DNA of 64,000 nt from Mycobacterium phage prophiGD15-1, in sequence record MW584180.1. One strand, given 5' to 3'. The notes beneath the pieces were generated by a model. The model ran no database searches, was not told the DNA's origin, and saw only the letters and a program-made list of their open reading frames with translations. Below, in pieces: positions 48,172 to 59,014 of the stretch (within the stretch, counting starts at the first letter, position 1; the number at the start of each line of letters is the position of its first letter). A program made the position numbers and the translations under genes.

Positions 48172-48196
48172 CCTCGCTAGTGCGGGGTCTTTTTTA
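48172..48196 (+). terminator. rho-independent terminator (CCTCGC-TAGT-GCGGGG + TCTTTTTT)
   Basis: seen in sequence at the end of the tail gene block. Confidence 0.45.
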
Positions 48197-48214
48197 ATGC
48201 CCGAAAGAGGTCGC

Positions 48215-48355
48215 ATGTTCTCTCAACTGCTGCGTTACCCCGCCTACTACGCCGTTATCGGGTTGGCGGGGTTCGGGTTCGGAGTGTGGTTCCGGCGCTC
48301 CCGCTGGGTGACGGCGGGTCGACCAGGGCTCGATCCCCGGATCGGAGGCATCTAG
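48215..48355 (+). CDS. small membrane protein (46 aa)
   Basis: TM helix AYYAVIGLAGFGFGVWF; AAAGAGG RBS. Confidence 0.3.
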   Translation: MFSQLLRYPAYYAVIGLAGFGFGVWFRRSRWVTAGRPGLDPRIGGI

Positions 48356-48413
48356 TGAATTGGTTGCGCCGCAAGATCAATGAGTGGCTGGCCGCGATCT
48401 GGTGGTCGTACTA

Positions 48414-49787
48414 ATGGCCGTCCTACGCGCGAATGTTGAGTTCGCGAAGCGGATTTTCCAGGACCGCGTCGGCAACGACTACGTGTACGGCGGCAACTGG
48501 AATCCGTTCAACCTCAAGGTCGGTACCGACTGCTCCGGTCTGGTCATTGACATCTGCGACGCTGTGCGCAACGGGACCGCGATGGCCTGGACCCGGCATG
48601 GGATGTCCACCGAGAGCTGGCGTCCGATCGAGGTAGGTCAGACCGGAACGATCTTCAACACCATATGCGTGGCGTCGCCGAATGACTTCCCGGCTGATGC
48701 TGCGGTGAAGATCGCCATCCATCACGGCCCCGGCGGTGGGGCGAACAGTCACATGTGGTGTGAGGTTGAGGGAATCCGCATGGAGTCCAACGGCTCCGAT
48801 GGGTGTGTGACCGGGAACCAGGCGCGGTCCGTGTACGACACGAGCTATGCGAACGACTGGCACTACCTGCCCGGACCCATCACAGGCCAGGTAGGTGTCG
48901 ATCCCGCAGGAGTGCTGGCACGTGCCACCGGGCTAAGTGTCGCGAGGGCTTCGCAGATCCTACCCGCGGTGTCGGACGGGCTCAAGGCTAGTCAGTGCAC
49001 GAACGTCAATCGGATCGCGATGTGGCTGGCGCAGGTCGGCCACGAGTCAGCCGGCTTCAATGCCACCGAAGAGTATGCCTCCGGTGCCGCCTATGAAGGG
49101 CGTGCAGATCTGGGTAACACCCAACCCGGGGATGGGGTGCGGTTCAAGGGCCGCAGCTGGATTCAGATCACCGGCCGCAACAACTACGCAGCGTTCTCGC
49201 GGTGGTGTTCGGGTAAAGGACTCGTTCTGTCGCCAACGGAATTCGTTGATAACCCGAACCGACTGGCCGAACTGCGGTGGGCCGGTATAGGTGCGGCTTG
49301 GTACTGGACGGTCGCCCGCCCGGACATCAACGCCCTGTCGGATCGGCAGGACTTAGAGACCGTCACGCGCCGAATCAACGGCGGCACCAACGGCTTGGCT
49401 GATCGTCGCGACCGATACAACCGCGCCCTACTCCAGGGCGATGCGCTTCTGCAACTACTCACTGAACCGCTGGACCCGATTGAGGAGCTACTGATGTCAG
49501 ACCTTCAGGTCGAATCCCTATCCATCTACGCCACCCCAGGTGAGCCGTTGATCCCGATTGTTCGCATGGTGCAGGCCATCGACGCCGCGGAGCACCGCAA
49601 GCTCGTCGAGGACTGGGCGCGCACCGGGGATGCAGACGCACTATCCCGTATCGCCCGCACCGCGGCGGGGCAAGGGAAGTTCCGTGACGCCGCCACCATC
49701 GCACACGCCAAAGCCGTGCTCGCTGACATTGAAGCCACTAACCCTGCAGTCCTGCAGGAGTTCATCTCTCAGAAGGGACAATCATGA
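48414..49787 (+). CDS. lysA: endolysin LysA (N-terminal cysteine peptidase, central GH19-like glycosidase, C-terminal domain)
   Basis: GTDCSGLV catalytic Cys motif; WLAQVGHESAGFNATEEYASG resembles GH19 catalytic region. Confidence 0.75.
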   Translation: MAVLRANVEFAKRIFQDRVGNDYVYGGNWNPFNLKVGTDCSGLVIDICDAVRNGTAMAWTRHGMSTESWRPIEVGQTGTIFNTICVASPNDFPADAAVKIAIHHGPGGGANSHMWCEVEGIRMESNGSDGCVTGNQARSVYDTSYANDWHYLPGPITGQVGVDPAGVLARATGLSVARASQILPAVSDGLKASQCTNVNRIAMWLAQVGHESAGFNATEEYASGAAYEGRADLGNTQPGDGVRFKGRSWIQITGRNNYAAFSRWCSGKGLVLSPTEFVDNPNRLAELRWAGIGAAWYWTVARPDINALSDRQDLETVTRRINGGTNGLADRRDRYNRALLQGDALLQLLTEPLDPIEELLMSDLQVESLSIYATPGEPLIPIVRMVQAIDAAEHRKLVEDWARTGDADALSRIARTAAGQGKFRDAATIAHAKAVLADIEATNPAVLQEFISQKGQS

Positions 49788-50200
49788 CCGCCCAGATTCG
49801 CAAGTGGTACTACCTCATCGGCGCACTGGTGACAGCGCTCGTGCCGATTCTGGTGACCTCCGGTGTCGTCAGTGACACCCAGGGCAATGCGTGGATCAAC
49901 GCCGTTGTAGCTATCGGTGGCGTTCTGGGTGCTGCGGGTCTCGGCACTGCCGGTGTGGTCTTGGGCAAGCAGATCAAGGGAGCCCCCGGTGCCGCAGCGG
50001 ACAAGGCCGTCACAAGCCTGCAGGACATCCAGGCTCAGCTGAACTCCACCGCGCAGGCCGCGCAGGACCAGCTTGCCGCCGCCACCCAGGTTGCCGTGGA
50101 CAGCATCACCAAGATTCAGGCCACCGTAGGCAATGTCGTCGGCCCGCAGGTTTCCCTCGGCCCGCTGGCTGCCGAGGTCATCAAGAGCGTGACTGAGTGA
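49784..50200 (+). CDS. holin-like membrane protein
   Basis: 138 aa, 2 TM helices, between LysA and LysB. Confidence 0.4.
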   Translation: MTAQIRKWYYLIGALVTALVPILVTSGVVSDTQGNAWINAVVAIGGVLGAAGLGTAGVVLGKQIKGAPGAAADKAVTSLQDIQAQLNSTAQAAQDQLAAATQVAVDSITKIQATVGNVVGPQVSLGPLAAEVIKSVTE

Positions 50201-51165
50201 TCCTCACCCTCGGTTCTCACGGGGAGGTAGTAGCGAGGTGGCAGCGGGTCATGTTGGCCCGCTTCGCCTCCTACGCCAAAGCCGCCGATGGGGGACCACT
50301 GAAGGTCGACTCGTATTTCGGGTACGACGACCAAGCCGTCCAGAAGGAATATCAGCGCCGCACGAACCAACCTCAGACGGGTGAGGTCTCGCAAGCGGAT
50401 CTGGTGAAGCTGGGTTTGACGCCGCTGTTCTTCACGGTCGAGGGACACCTGTCCGACATGTACCAGGGGCCTTGTGCTTTCGTGGCCTCTACTTTGGAGC
50501 GTGAAGGGCGGGCGGTGTGGCGGCCCACCGGCTATGACAACGTGCGGTTGCCGTTCAACAACCAGTCCGGTGTGGACGAACTCGTCAACCGTCTGGATAC
50601 CAAGCTGTTCGACGACGGCACACCCTTCCCTGAAGGAACACCCTGGAATCTGGCGATCTTCAGCCAGGGCGCGATGGTCGGCTGCGAGGTCATGGAAAAG
50701 CACGTCCTACCGACTAATGGCAGGTTGCATTACCGGCTCAAGGACTTCCGCAAGGGTATTGCATTTGGGAACCCCTACCGCCTGATCAACCAGTGCGCCC
50801 CTTGGGTTCCCGACCCGCCCCAGCCCAACACGCAGGGAATCATGGACTGGCACTTTGACTTCCTGAAATACCCCGAGCTGGCGGGGAAGTGGCAAGAGCA
50901 TGCCCGCACCCGCGACTGGTACGCCGAGAACCGGTTGGACGAGGCAGGTCAGAACATGACCGCGATCGCAAAGATCATCACCCAATCCTCCTGGACCGGT
51001 GGGGCTTCCTCGATAGTTGCCCGAATCATGGACCTATTCATCAACCCATTCGACGGGTTGATCGACATCGTGTGGGCGATCGTCCGAACCTTCCAGGGCA
51101 TCGCCCACTTGGAGGCCCACGGCACGTACGACCTGAATCCAGTCCTTGACTGGTTCCGTGCTTAA
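50197..51165 (+). CDS. lysB: LysB mycolylarabinogalactan esterase
   Basis: G-x-S-x-G lipase motif (IFSQGAM) in an alpha/beta-hydrolase-sized protein after LysA. Confidence 0.7.
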   Translation: MILTLGSHGEVVARWQRVMLARFASYAKAADGGPLKVDSYFGYDDQAVQKEYQRRTNQPQTGEVSQADLVKLGLTPLFFTVEGHLSDMYQGPCAFVASTLEREGRAVWRPTGYDNVRLPFNNQSGVDELVNRLDTKLFDDGTPFPEGTPWNLAIFSQGAMVGCEVMEKHVLPTNGRLHYRLKDFRKGIAFGNPYRLINQCAPWVPDPPQPNTQGIMDWHFDFLKYPELAGKWQEHARTRDWYAENRLDEAGQNMTAIAKIITQSSWTGGASSIVARIMDLFINPFDGLIDIVWAIVRTFQGIAHLEAHGTYDLNPVLDWFRA

Positions 51166-51213
51166 CAACTGAATAGAGCCCTCGAAGCGCCCCATGAAAG
51201 GCGGTTCAAACAA

Positions 51214-51435
51214 ATGTCCATCCGGGAACAACTGGCCGAGGCCGCCAAGCCGAAGCAGCGCTGCACATGCTGTGCATGGGTCGCTACGCAGAGTGCAGAT
51301 GACCGTAAGGCTATTGAGGAATGGGTAGCCGAAGGGAAGTCGATTGAGGCGCTTGTCCGCGTGCTGCGGAATGAGGGTCTTCCGGTGGGGCCGGTGCAGT
51401 TCCGGCGTCACGTGCGAGAGTGTGTGCGCTCTTGA
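51214..51435 (+). CDS. hypothetical protein (CTCC ... HVREC)
   Basis: 73-aa ORF. Confidence 0.35.
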   Translation: MSIREQLAEAAKPKQRCTCCAWVATQSADDRKAIEEWVAEGKSIEALVRVLRNEGLPVGPVQFRRHVRECVRS

Positions 51436-52628
51436 GTATCCGTGACAGCCTCAATAGTCGCCGCCCCGTGCCGGAAGAGTCGGCACCAGAGCAGGCGAAA
51501 ATGCGCGCGGAGTGGGACGGCACCGCAGGTTTTATTCAGACGGGCAAGGTCTCAGATGACTTCGATGAGCAGGACTTCGAGGGCATCCTTCGCGAGTTCG
51601 CCGACGAACTGCACTACGACCCAGCCAAGGTTGAGATTGCCGGTAACCCACAGGTCGTGGTGTGGGAGACGGGCTTCCGCAACAAGGAGGGGGAGTGGGA
51701 GAAGCATAAGCACCACTCCTGGCGGTATCACCTCGCCGTCCGGCGTTGGGCTATAGACCTACCCGCCTTGTATGCGGAGGTCCGCAAGACGAGGCCGGTG
51801 CAGCCGAAGAAACCCACAGGGGAGTCGACGGTTGTGGTGTGCTGGGCAGACATTCAAACCGGGAAGGTCGACCACCTCGGCGGCGTCAAAGAGTTATTAC
51901 TGCGCCTTCAGGAAAAGCGGGAAAACCTGAACGCCTACCTGAAACGTTCAAGGTTTGATCGCATCATCATCGCGGACGTGGGCGACATTGTGGAGGGCTT
52001 CGACAACGTCACAGCCCAAACCCGCACCAACGGCCTATCTCTCATGGATCAGGTCGAGGTTGCCGCCACGGAGTTCTGGAAGACCATCACCCTGTGCGCC
52101 AAGCACGCCCCGGTGGATGTGCTGTCCATCCCGTCCAATCACGGCCAGTGGCGCCGCGGGAAGGATCTAATCGGGAAGCCCACCGACGACTGGGGATTGG
52201 CTATCTCGAAACGTCTTGAATGGCACAACAACCCCGACAACCAAGGCCCGAACCTGCCGGTAGATTTCCACCGGCCGCCCGAGTGGTGCGAGACACTGCA
52301 GTTCGATGTACGCGGCACCAGGTTGGGGTTGGCGCATGGCCACCAAGCCTCCGGCGCTGACCGGGTTAAGACGTGGTGGGAGAAGATGACCCACGGCGGC
52401 GTCATGGACTGCCACGTCCTCTTGACTGGACATTTCCACTACGCCAGCCTGCGCCCCCATGGGCGGGATCAAGTAACGGGTAAGGCGCGCTGGCACATCC
52501 AAGCCTCAACCCTGGACAACGGCTCCGCATGGGTGATGAACAAGATGGGCGAAGACGGAGATCCGGCACTGACGGTGTTCCAGATCAACAACGACGGCTT
52601 CGACGTACAGAGCTTCGCCCTCCTATGA
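51420..52628 (+). CDS. calcineurin-like metallophosphoesterase
   Basis: IIIADVGDIVEG and GHFH motifs. Confidence 0.55.
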   Translation: MCALLSIRDSLNSRRPVPEESAPEQAKMRAEWDGTAGFIQTGKVSDDFDEQDFEGILREFADELHYDPAKVEIAGNPQVVVWETGFRNKEGEWEKHKHHSWRYHLAVRRWAIDLPALYAEVRKTRPVQPKKPTGESTVVVCWADIQTGKVDHLGGVKELLLRLQEKRENLNAYLKRSRFDRIIIADVGDIVEGFDNVTAQTRTNGLSLMDQVEVAATEFWKTITLCAKHAPVDVLSIPSNHGQWRRGKDLIGKPTDDWGLAISKRLEWHNNPDNQGPNLPVDFHRPPEWCETLQFDVRGTRLGLAHGHQASGADRVKTWWEKMTHGGVMDCHVLLTGHFHYASLRPHGRDQVTGKARWHIQASTLDNGSAWVMNKMGEDGDPALTVFQINNDGFDVQSFALL

Positions 52629-52706
52629 AACGTCACGATACGATTCAAGTAGGCGCCAACGCTGAAAAGCGCTGCCCGAGATGCGAAACCGTCAAGCCCG
52701 TCACGG
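52625..52706 (+). pseudogene. 5' portion of HNH endonuclease gene disrupted by transposon insertion
   Basis: MKRHDTIQVGANAEKRCPRCETVKPVTAFS... reads through to 61497-62057 in frame once the element and one TSD copy are removed. Confidence 0.7.
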
Positions 52707-52710
52707 CATT

Positions 52711-52780
52711 CTCGGTTGTCAGTTCTCAAATGACCTGTCGCATTCTCATCTAATCTGTCGCAACCGCGTGTCGTTCTCAT
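52711..52780 (+). repeat. three direct 20-bp subterminal repeats (GTTCTCAAATGACCTGTCGC / ATTCTCATCTAATCTGTCGC / GTTCTCATTTGATCTGTCGT), putative TnsB binding sites, tnsA-proximal end
   Basis: seen in sequence. Confidence 0.75.
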
Positions 52781-52806
52781 TTGATCTGTCGTACGCCTCT
52801 TAACAT

Positions 52807-53565
52807 TTGGGTGTGCAAGCGTCTCGGGCGCTGGTTGCGCCGCAGATTGCTAGTGACGTTGACGTGGAGTTCGTCGCCGATGGTCAACGCCACAGAGTAC
52901 CGCTGGTTGAGTGCGCGATGCTCAGATTTGATTTGGATTGCTCACCTGCCCGCAACTTCCCGAATTTTAGAGGTCAAAGCAACTACCCAGGCCTGTGGTG
53001 GTTTGCTACGACTGGCCAGCATGTAGGTCATGAATCCTGGCTGGAACGTGATCATCTGATGCTGCTCGATGCTGATCCGCACGTTGTGGGTGTGGCGTCG
53101 CAGCCATTTCGGCTGCATTGGCCTGGTGGCACTCACCATGTCCCGGACTACTTTGCTAGATATGCCGATGGCGGTGTGACGGTTCTTGACGTGCGCGATG
53201 ACAAGCGCATCACTGAGGATGATCAGCTCAAGTTTGATCTTTCGGAAATTGCTTGTCGCACAGTGGGTTGGGGTTACCGCCAGTTAGGTGTGCCTGATCA
53301 GGTGTTGGTGGCGAACATTCGGTGGCTATCGGGGTATAGACACCCCCGAGTGTGCCGCGAGGATGTGGCGGAGTCGTTGCTCGCGGTGTTCGCCGAACCG
53401 GCGCGGCTATTGTCTGGCGCTCAAATCGTCGGTGATCGGCTGCATGTGTTGCCGGTGCTGTTTCATTTGTTGTGGCACAGGCAGTTGTCGACAGATTTGG
53501 CTGGCGCGTTGCTATCGGAGTCGGCGGTGGTCGGCCCTGCCGGATGGTGGGCGCATTCGTGTTGA
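52807..53565 (+). CDS. tnsA: TnsA-like endonuclease
   Basis: restriction-endonuclease-like E...D...(V/L)DVRDDK signature, gene position next to the transposon end and upstream of tnsB. Confidence 0.55.
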   Translation: MGVQASRALVAPQIASDVDVEFVADGQRHRVPLVECAMLRFDLDCSPARNFPNFRGQSNYPGLWWFATTGQHVGHESWLERDHLMLLDADPHVVGVASQPFRLHWPGGTHHVPDYFARYADGGVTVLDVRDDKRITEDDQLKFDLSEIACRTVGWGYRQLGVPDQVLVANIRWLSGYRHPRVCREDVAESLLAVFAEPARLLSGAQIVGDRLHVLPVLFHLLWHRQLSTDLAGALLSESAVVGPAGWWAHSC

Positions 53566-55634
53566 GGGCAGCTGCGGTACGCGTGGGTGATGAGATCCGT
53601 TTAGCTGGTGAACGTTTCACGGTCTTATCGATCACCGATGGTGCGGCGCGATTAATCAGTGCTGTCGGCGAGCGCAGTTCGGTGCCACTGCCGGCGTTGT
53701 GCACGGACCCGTCGTTGGAATTGGTGGCAACGTCATGGCCGCCATTGTGCTCCGAAGAGGCTTTGACTGGCGTACCCCAAGAGGTGGTGGAACGGGCACG
53801 CTGGTGGGAACAGCATCTGCTTGACGTGATCACCGGCCGCTCCGGGACCGGCATGGACACTGACAGTGCTGATTTCGACCCCGCGGTGACGACGCTGCGC
53901 CGCCGGGAGATGGCCAAGCTCGCCGAACTTGCCGATGAAGGTCATGTTTTGACGTTGCGGACGCTGCAGCGCCAACGCAAGGCCTACCAGCGTGACGGGC
54001 TGCTGGGTGTGCTGGATGGGCGTTACCGGCCGAACCGGCCCGTGCATGGGCGAGTCGATCCGCGGGTGAGCGAGACGGTAGTTGGTCTTATCGAGGCCGA
54101 AACTGAGTTGTCGACGGGCACGGTGCGCCGCATGCAGCGCAAGACCGCACGGGCGTTGAAGGCTCAGTACGGCGATGAGGCACCGCAAATGCCCTCGAAG
54201 GCAACATTTTATCGTCTGGTGGGCCGATTATCTGCGGGCAAGCACACGTTCGGGTCAGCCCGCACGCGCAGGTCGTTGGCCAAGCAGCCAGACAAACCGT
54301 TCGGGACGTTGACAGTGGCCCGCCCCGGCGAGGTGGTGGAGGTCGATTCCACACCCCTGGATGTAGCGGTGCGCTTCGATGACGGCACCGTTGGCCGGGT
54401 CGAGTTGATTGGGATGGTCGACTGTGCCACCCGCACGATCGCCGCAGCGGTATTGCGGCCAACAACCACGGCGGTGGATGCGGCGCTGCTGTTGGCGCGA
54501 TCGTTGACCCCGGAGCCGATGCGCCCAGGCTGGTCTGATGCGGTGCGGATGACGGCCTCAGTGCTACCCCATCACAGTTTGACCACTCTGGATCAGCGGT
54601 TCGCGGCCGCCGCTGCCCGGCCCGTGATCGCCCCAGAAACCATTGTGATCGATCACGGCAAAGCGTATCTGTCGCAGACATTTTCGCAGGCCTGCTGCAC
54701 GCTGGGGATCAATTTGCAGCCCGCGCACCCGGATGAGCCGACGGACAAACCGAAGATCGAACGCACTATCGAGTCGGTCGGCACGATGTTCGCCTCCGAG
54801 GTGGCCGGATATCTGGGGTCCTCGGTGGAGCGGCGCGGCAAGCACGCCGAAAAACGTGCCGTGTGGTCGATCGTGCAGTTGCAAGCGCTACTGGATGAAT
54901 GGATTGTCACCGCCTGGCAGAACCGGCCCCACGACGGGCTGCGCGACCCCTTAACTCCGGGAAAGACGTTGACTCCCAATGAGAAATACGCAGCCCTGGT
55001 CGAGGTGGCCGGGTATGTGCCGGTGGCCTTGAGCGGTGATGACTACATCGAACTGCTGCCGACGCGGTGGCGCAAGATCAACTCCTACGGGGTGCGGATC
55101 AACAATCGCCACTACGACGCCAAAGCCTTCAACCCCTACCGCGGCCAATCTTCGGGGGTCGGTAAGAAGAACAATAGGTGGGAAGTGCATTTCGACCCGT
55201 GCGATGTGTCCCGGGTTTGGGTGCGCAATCACCACGAATCGGGCTGGATCCAGGCCAACTGGACGCACCTGCGGACCGCGCCGGTGCCGTTCGGGGAAAC
55301 GATCTGGAAGCAGAGCCAACAGATCCTGGCCGAGCGCGGCCAGCGTGCCGCGACGCAAGCCGAGATCGCCGAAGCGGCCGAAGAATTGCTGACTCGGGCC
55401 GCTGCCGGGCCGCCAGAGCAGCTCGTGGACAAGAAGATCCGCCGGAAGCTGGTTCGCGCCCAGCACTCCACCGTGACACCGCTGTGGCCACGCCCAGCAC
55501 CCGATTTACCCGCCGACGGCCCTGTGGTGGCCGATCGCGGCGATAGGGACAACGACGATGTGATTGATGTGGCGGCAGTGGTGCCGCTTCCGGTGTTCGA
55601 TGCCCGCAAGGAGGCCAAATTGTGGCGACTGTAA
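53545..55634 (+). CDS. tnsB: TnsB/TniA-like DDE transposase (Mu-type, rve core)
   Basis: VVEVDSTPLDV (D) ... VIDHGKAYLS (D) ... E; ~700 aa. Confidence 0.75.
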
Positions 55635-56671
55635 ATAGATTCGAGGCCGTCAACCCGCTCGATGATCGCCGCCAGCCCACCACCACCTTGGAGGGCTGGC
55701 GGCGTTTCGTTGAGGCCGATCCACCCGAGTTCACGCTCCTGGACGATACGCAGTGGCGCAGTCTGGATGTGCGGGACCGGATGCTCTACGACGAGGCCCG
55801 AATCGCCCATCACTCCGAACTGGTCGTGGTCACCACGTCGGCGATCGCCCGGATCAACAACGAAGGCCGGCTGCTGACCCTGCTCAATCAGTGCGAGATC
55901 GGAGCCCGCCGCGGTTTGATCATTTCCGGGGATGCGGCCACCGGGAAGACCACGGCCATCAAACAGATGGGCCGCACCCATGAACTGCGGGTGCGGGGAC
56001 GCCTGACCTACGACGCCACGTACGACGCCGTCGCGGGCCGTATCCCGGTGGTATACGTGACGGCCCCGCCCAAGGGCTCACCACGCAAACTGGCGATGGA
56101 ATTCGCCCGTTTCCTGGGGCTGCCGATGACTATGAACGCCCGTGCGAACGTCACCGACATCGCCGACGCGGTCTGCCAAGTCCTCATCGATGCCCGCACC
56201 GACATCGTGGTTGTCGACGAGATCCACAACCTGAACCTGGAAACCCGCGCCGGAGAAGACCTCTCGGATCATCTCAAATATTTCACCGAACACCTGCCCG
56301 CTACGTTCATCTACGCCGGCATCGACGTCGAACGTTCCGGGGTATTCACAGGTACCCGCGGAAAACAACTCGCTGGACGCTGCGGAGTTATCCACACCCA
56401 GGCCTTCCCCTACAACGAGGAATGGATCTCGCTGGTGGCAGGGATGGAGAACACGTTGCGACTGCACCACCACGAACCCGGAACCCTTGTCGCCGACGCC
56501 AAATACTTGCATCGGCGCACCAACGGCATGATCGGCTCGCTGGCGCACCTGATCCGCTCAGCAGCTATCCGTTCCATCATCGACGAGACCGAAGCCGTCA
56601 CCCGGGCACTGATGGATGCCACCCTGCTCGACTACGCCGCGCAAAGCGCTGCGGCCCGAACCGCCAGCTGA
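55622..56671 (+). CDS. tnsC: TnsC/TniB-like AAA+ ATPase
   Basis: Walker A LIISGDAATGKTTAI, Walker B VVVDEIHNL. Confidence 0.7.
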   Translation: MATVNRFEAVNPLDDRRQPTTTLEGWRRFVEADPPEFTLLDDTQWRSLDVRDRMLYDEARIAHHSELVVVTTSAIARINNEGRLLTLLNQCEIGARRGLIISGDAATGKTTAIKQMGRTHELRVRGRLTYDATYDAVAGRIPVVYVTAPPKGSPRKLAMEFARFLGLPMTMNARANVTDIADAVCQVLIDARTDIVVVDEIHNLNLETRAGEDLSDHLKYFTEHLPATFIYAGIDVERSGVFTGTRGKQLAGRCGVIHTQAFPYNEEWISLVAGMENTLRLHHHEPGTLVADAKYLHRRTNGMIGSLAHLIRSAAIRSIIDETEAVTRALMDATLLDYAAQSAAARTAS

Positions 56672-57510
56672 TGAACACCGCCACCGCCGCAGGACGCGCC
56701 TGGCCGGCCGGGCCGCGTCAACGCTTACCACGTGTAGTGACCCCATTCCGCACCGAGACAGTGAGTTCGTATATCGACCGGCTAGCCCACGCCAACCACC
56801 TCACCCGAGGCCGGTTGCAGTACCACGTCGCCGCAGGCACCTACCAGACCCGCGCCGACTGGCTCGCCGTCGCCACCGGAATCGCCGAAAACATCCTGCG
56901 CGAACGGCTCATTGGGTTCGGAGCGGCCAACGGCACCAACGCCAAACAACAAGCCCGGGTACGGCCCGCCTGCCGGCTGTGCATGGCCCGTCGCGGTGTC
57001 TACGAGCCCGTCCACTGCTGGCTGCCCGCGTACGAAACTGTATGTTTTCGCCACTTACGCTGGATCGGCCCCGGCGCGGCCACCTGGGAAGACCAACACG
57101 ACCTGAGCAATCACCCCGATATCGTGGTCGCCGCCCGCCGCCACCGCCAGCTGATCCGAGCCCACCGCGACCTCGCCGGCAGCGCCTTGTCCGAGGCCCG
57201 CCACATCCTGACCTGGTGGTCCCGGGTCAACCAAGACAGCGGCGACGACCAGACAGACCCGACCACGTATCTGCAGGCCTACCCAGACCTGATCACGATC
57301 GCTACCGTGCTGGCCGATCACCGCCACCAAGTCGCCGCCGGTCCCTGCACCAGGCATCCGATCTGGTCTGAGCACCTGCTGGGTTTGATCAACACACACG
57401 CAACCACCATCCGCGACGACCCCCGGCCTCTACAGCACTGGATCGACGACCAACGCATCATCGCCCGCATCCGGCCACCACGGCACAAATCCGCCTGGTC
57501 AGCACCCTGA
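56671..57510 (+). CDS. tniQ: TniQ/TnsD-like target-selection protein
   Basis: N-terminal PFRTETVSSYIDRLAHANHL is the TniQ signature; followed by Cys/His cluster (CRLC...C...H). Confidence 0.55.
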   Translation: MNTATAAGRAWPAGPRQRLPRVVTPFRTETVSSYIDRLAHANHLTRGRLQYHVAAGTYQTRADWLAVATGIAENILRERLIGFGAANGTNAKQQARVRPACRLCMARRGVYEPVHCWLPAYETVCFRHLRWIGPGAATWEDQHDLSNHPDIVVAARRHRQLIRAHRDLAGSALSEARHILTWWSRVNQDSGDDQTDPTTYLQAYPDLITIATVLADHRHQVAAGPCTRHPIWSEHLLGLINTHATTIRDDPRPLQHWIDDQRIIARIRPPRHKSAWSAP

Positions 57511-58051
57511 TTTCCGCCTCGAGCACCTGCTGGCAACGACACGCGACCTGAGGAAGCACAAGCTGATTTCTCTTTTCTTCCTATTACCAGCCGAAGAAGG
57601 GTACGGCGGCACCCGCAACTGGGGAGAGTGATGTGCCGCTTGTTGTGTCGCCCCGCTGCTATCTGCTGGCCTGCTTGTAGGGAGCCGCATCGGGTCGCCG
57701 CTGATGCCAGATCGGTGGGATCGATCGGGTTCTTTTCAGTGTGCCGGGATGCTTCTGAGGTTCTCGTGAGGCTGTTTCTGTAGCTGTTGACGCTGTTGAG
57801 TGTGTCCGGTTAGGGAGGTCCGTCAGTAGTGCGTGGCATGCGCAAAATCGTTCCAAGGACTCTCAATCACCCAAGTGATGTTGTCGCCGCGATTCGTGCA
57901 CGGTGAGAGCGCCTGAAACCGCGCTACCCGACCTGGGCTGTCCAAGCCGGAGTATCCTGGACGTAGACGGATATCTAGTACCTGCCTACTCATAGGCGCG
58001 GCACCGTCGAACTATTCGGCACCGATTACGGGCCGAGGCTAGGAGCGTCTC
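57511..58051 (+). other. 540-bp non-coding region inside transposon (lower GC), candidate promoter/ncRNA region upstream of cargo operon
   Basis: no ORF with codon bias; T-rich patches. Confidence 0.3.
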
Positions 58052-58477
58052 ATGGCGCATCAGATATTTTGTCCACAACCACTCCAGTCGGCTCTGCGCC
58101 TTCATCTGGATCCGAAAACTGGATACGCCGATGGAGCTTGGTGCCCACGATCGAAGGATCTATCGGTCGAGGTTCTGCCGTTGCTTACGCGACTTAGCCT
58201 CGATTTGGGTCCCATTGATCGGATTACCTATCGAGCTGGGGAGTGGGCACCCTCCTCGCGGAGGGTACTTTTCCTCAACCGTCTGGTTCACCTGGGTTGG
58301 TCACTTCTGCAGCCCGCCAGCACCATTAGCGTTCGAGGGACGAACGGCGCACATTTGACCCTGCTGATTGTCCCCCCTTCCAGGAAATCGCATTCGGAAG
58401 CAGAGGATCAATGCGATTTTGGCGGTAGATCCGACCGGGTGCCTAAGTCGCAATCAGCCGGACCGACAACATCATGA
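58052..58477 (+). CDS. DUF5994-like protein, paralogue A (DGAWCPRS motif)
   Basis: shares LRL.L.P...DGAWWPRS.DL...LP.LL..L...LG.I.R..YR..EW ... LLV.PP with three neighbours. Confidence 0.55.
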   Translation: MAHQIFCPQPLQSALRLHLDPKTGYADGAWCPRSKDLSVEVLPLLTRLSLDLGPIDRITYRAGEWAPSSRRVLFLNRLVHLGWSLLQPASTISVRGTNGAHLTLLIVPPSRKSHSEAEDQCDFGGRSDRVPKSQSAGPTTS

Positions 58478-58944
58478 TCAGCGCGGTCACATCGGCGGTA
58501 GAGACACTCGACTGCGACTGCGACGACTCGATTCGTCTTCGACTAAAGCCCGATGGTGACTGGAGCGGACATATCGACGGCGCATGGTGGCCGCGCTCAC
58601 AGGACCTAAATCAAGACTTACCAGCAGTTTTGGATGCTGTAGCTTCCCGGTTAGGGACCATCAAGCGCGTGATCTACCGCATCACCGAATGGGACACAGC
58701 GCCGAAACAACTGTGCTACTGGGGTCGTATGGTGTCGTTAGACGGGTACCGTTACCAGAGGCCAGACACCATCTACATCAGCGATCTAGACCATCGTCGA
58801 CTGGTACTGCTGGTTGTCCCTCCGATGACCGACCCGCATCATGCCCACGACGTGATGACTAGAGCTGCCGAACCGGGCAGCACATGTAGCCCAACAGCAT
58901 TGCTGTCAATCGAACCATTGGCGGCAGCACGCAGAACAGGGTGA
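58474..58944 (+). CDS. DUF5994-like protein, paralogue B (DGAWWPRS motif)
   Basis: ATGA-coupled to A; same family motif. Confidence 0.55.
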   Translation: MISAVTSAVETLDCDCDDSIRLRLKPDGDWSGHIDGAWWPRSQDLNQDLPAVLDAVASRLGTIKRVIYRITEWDTAPKQLCYWGRMVSLDGYRYQRPDTIYISDLDHRRLVLLVVPPMTDPHHAHDVMTRAAEPGSTCSPTALLSIEPLAAARRTG

Positions 58945-59014
58945 TGACCTTCACGGGCTGCCTGGATCGCAGACCCGGGATCGAAAGTCGACCCCGGCTT
59001 TGAGTAGTTATCGC

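Noticed and set aside
53472-55634. The 720-aa DDE protein considered as the phage integrase
   Set aside because: It has DDE transposase motifs and sits in a tnsA-tnsB-tnsC-tniQ operon with TSD-flanked ends. It is a transposase. No tyrosine or serine integrase is present in the window.
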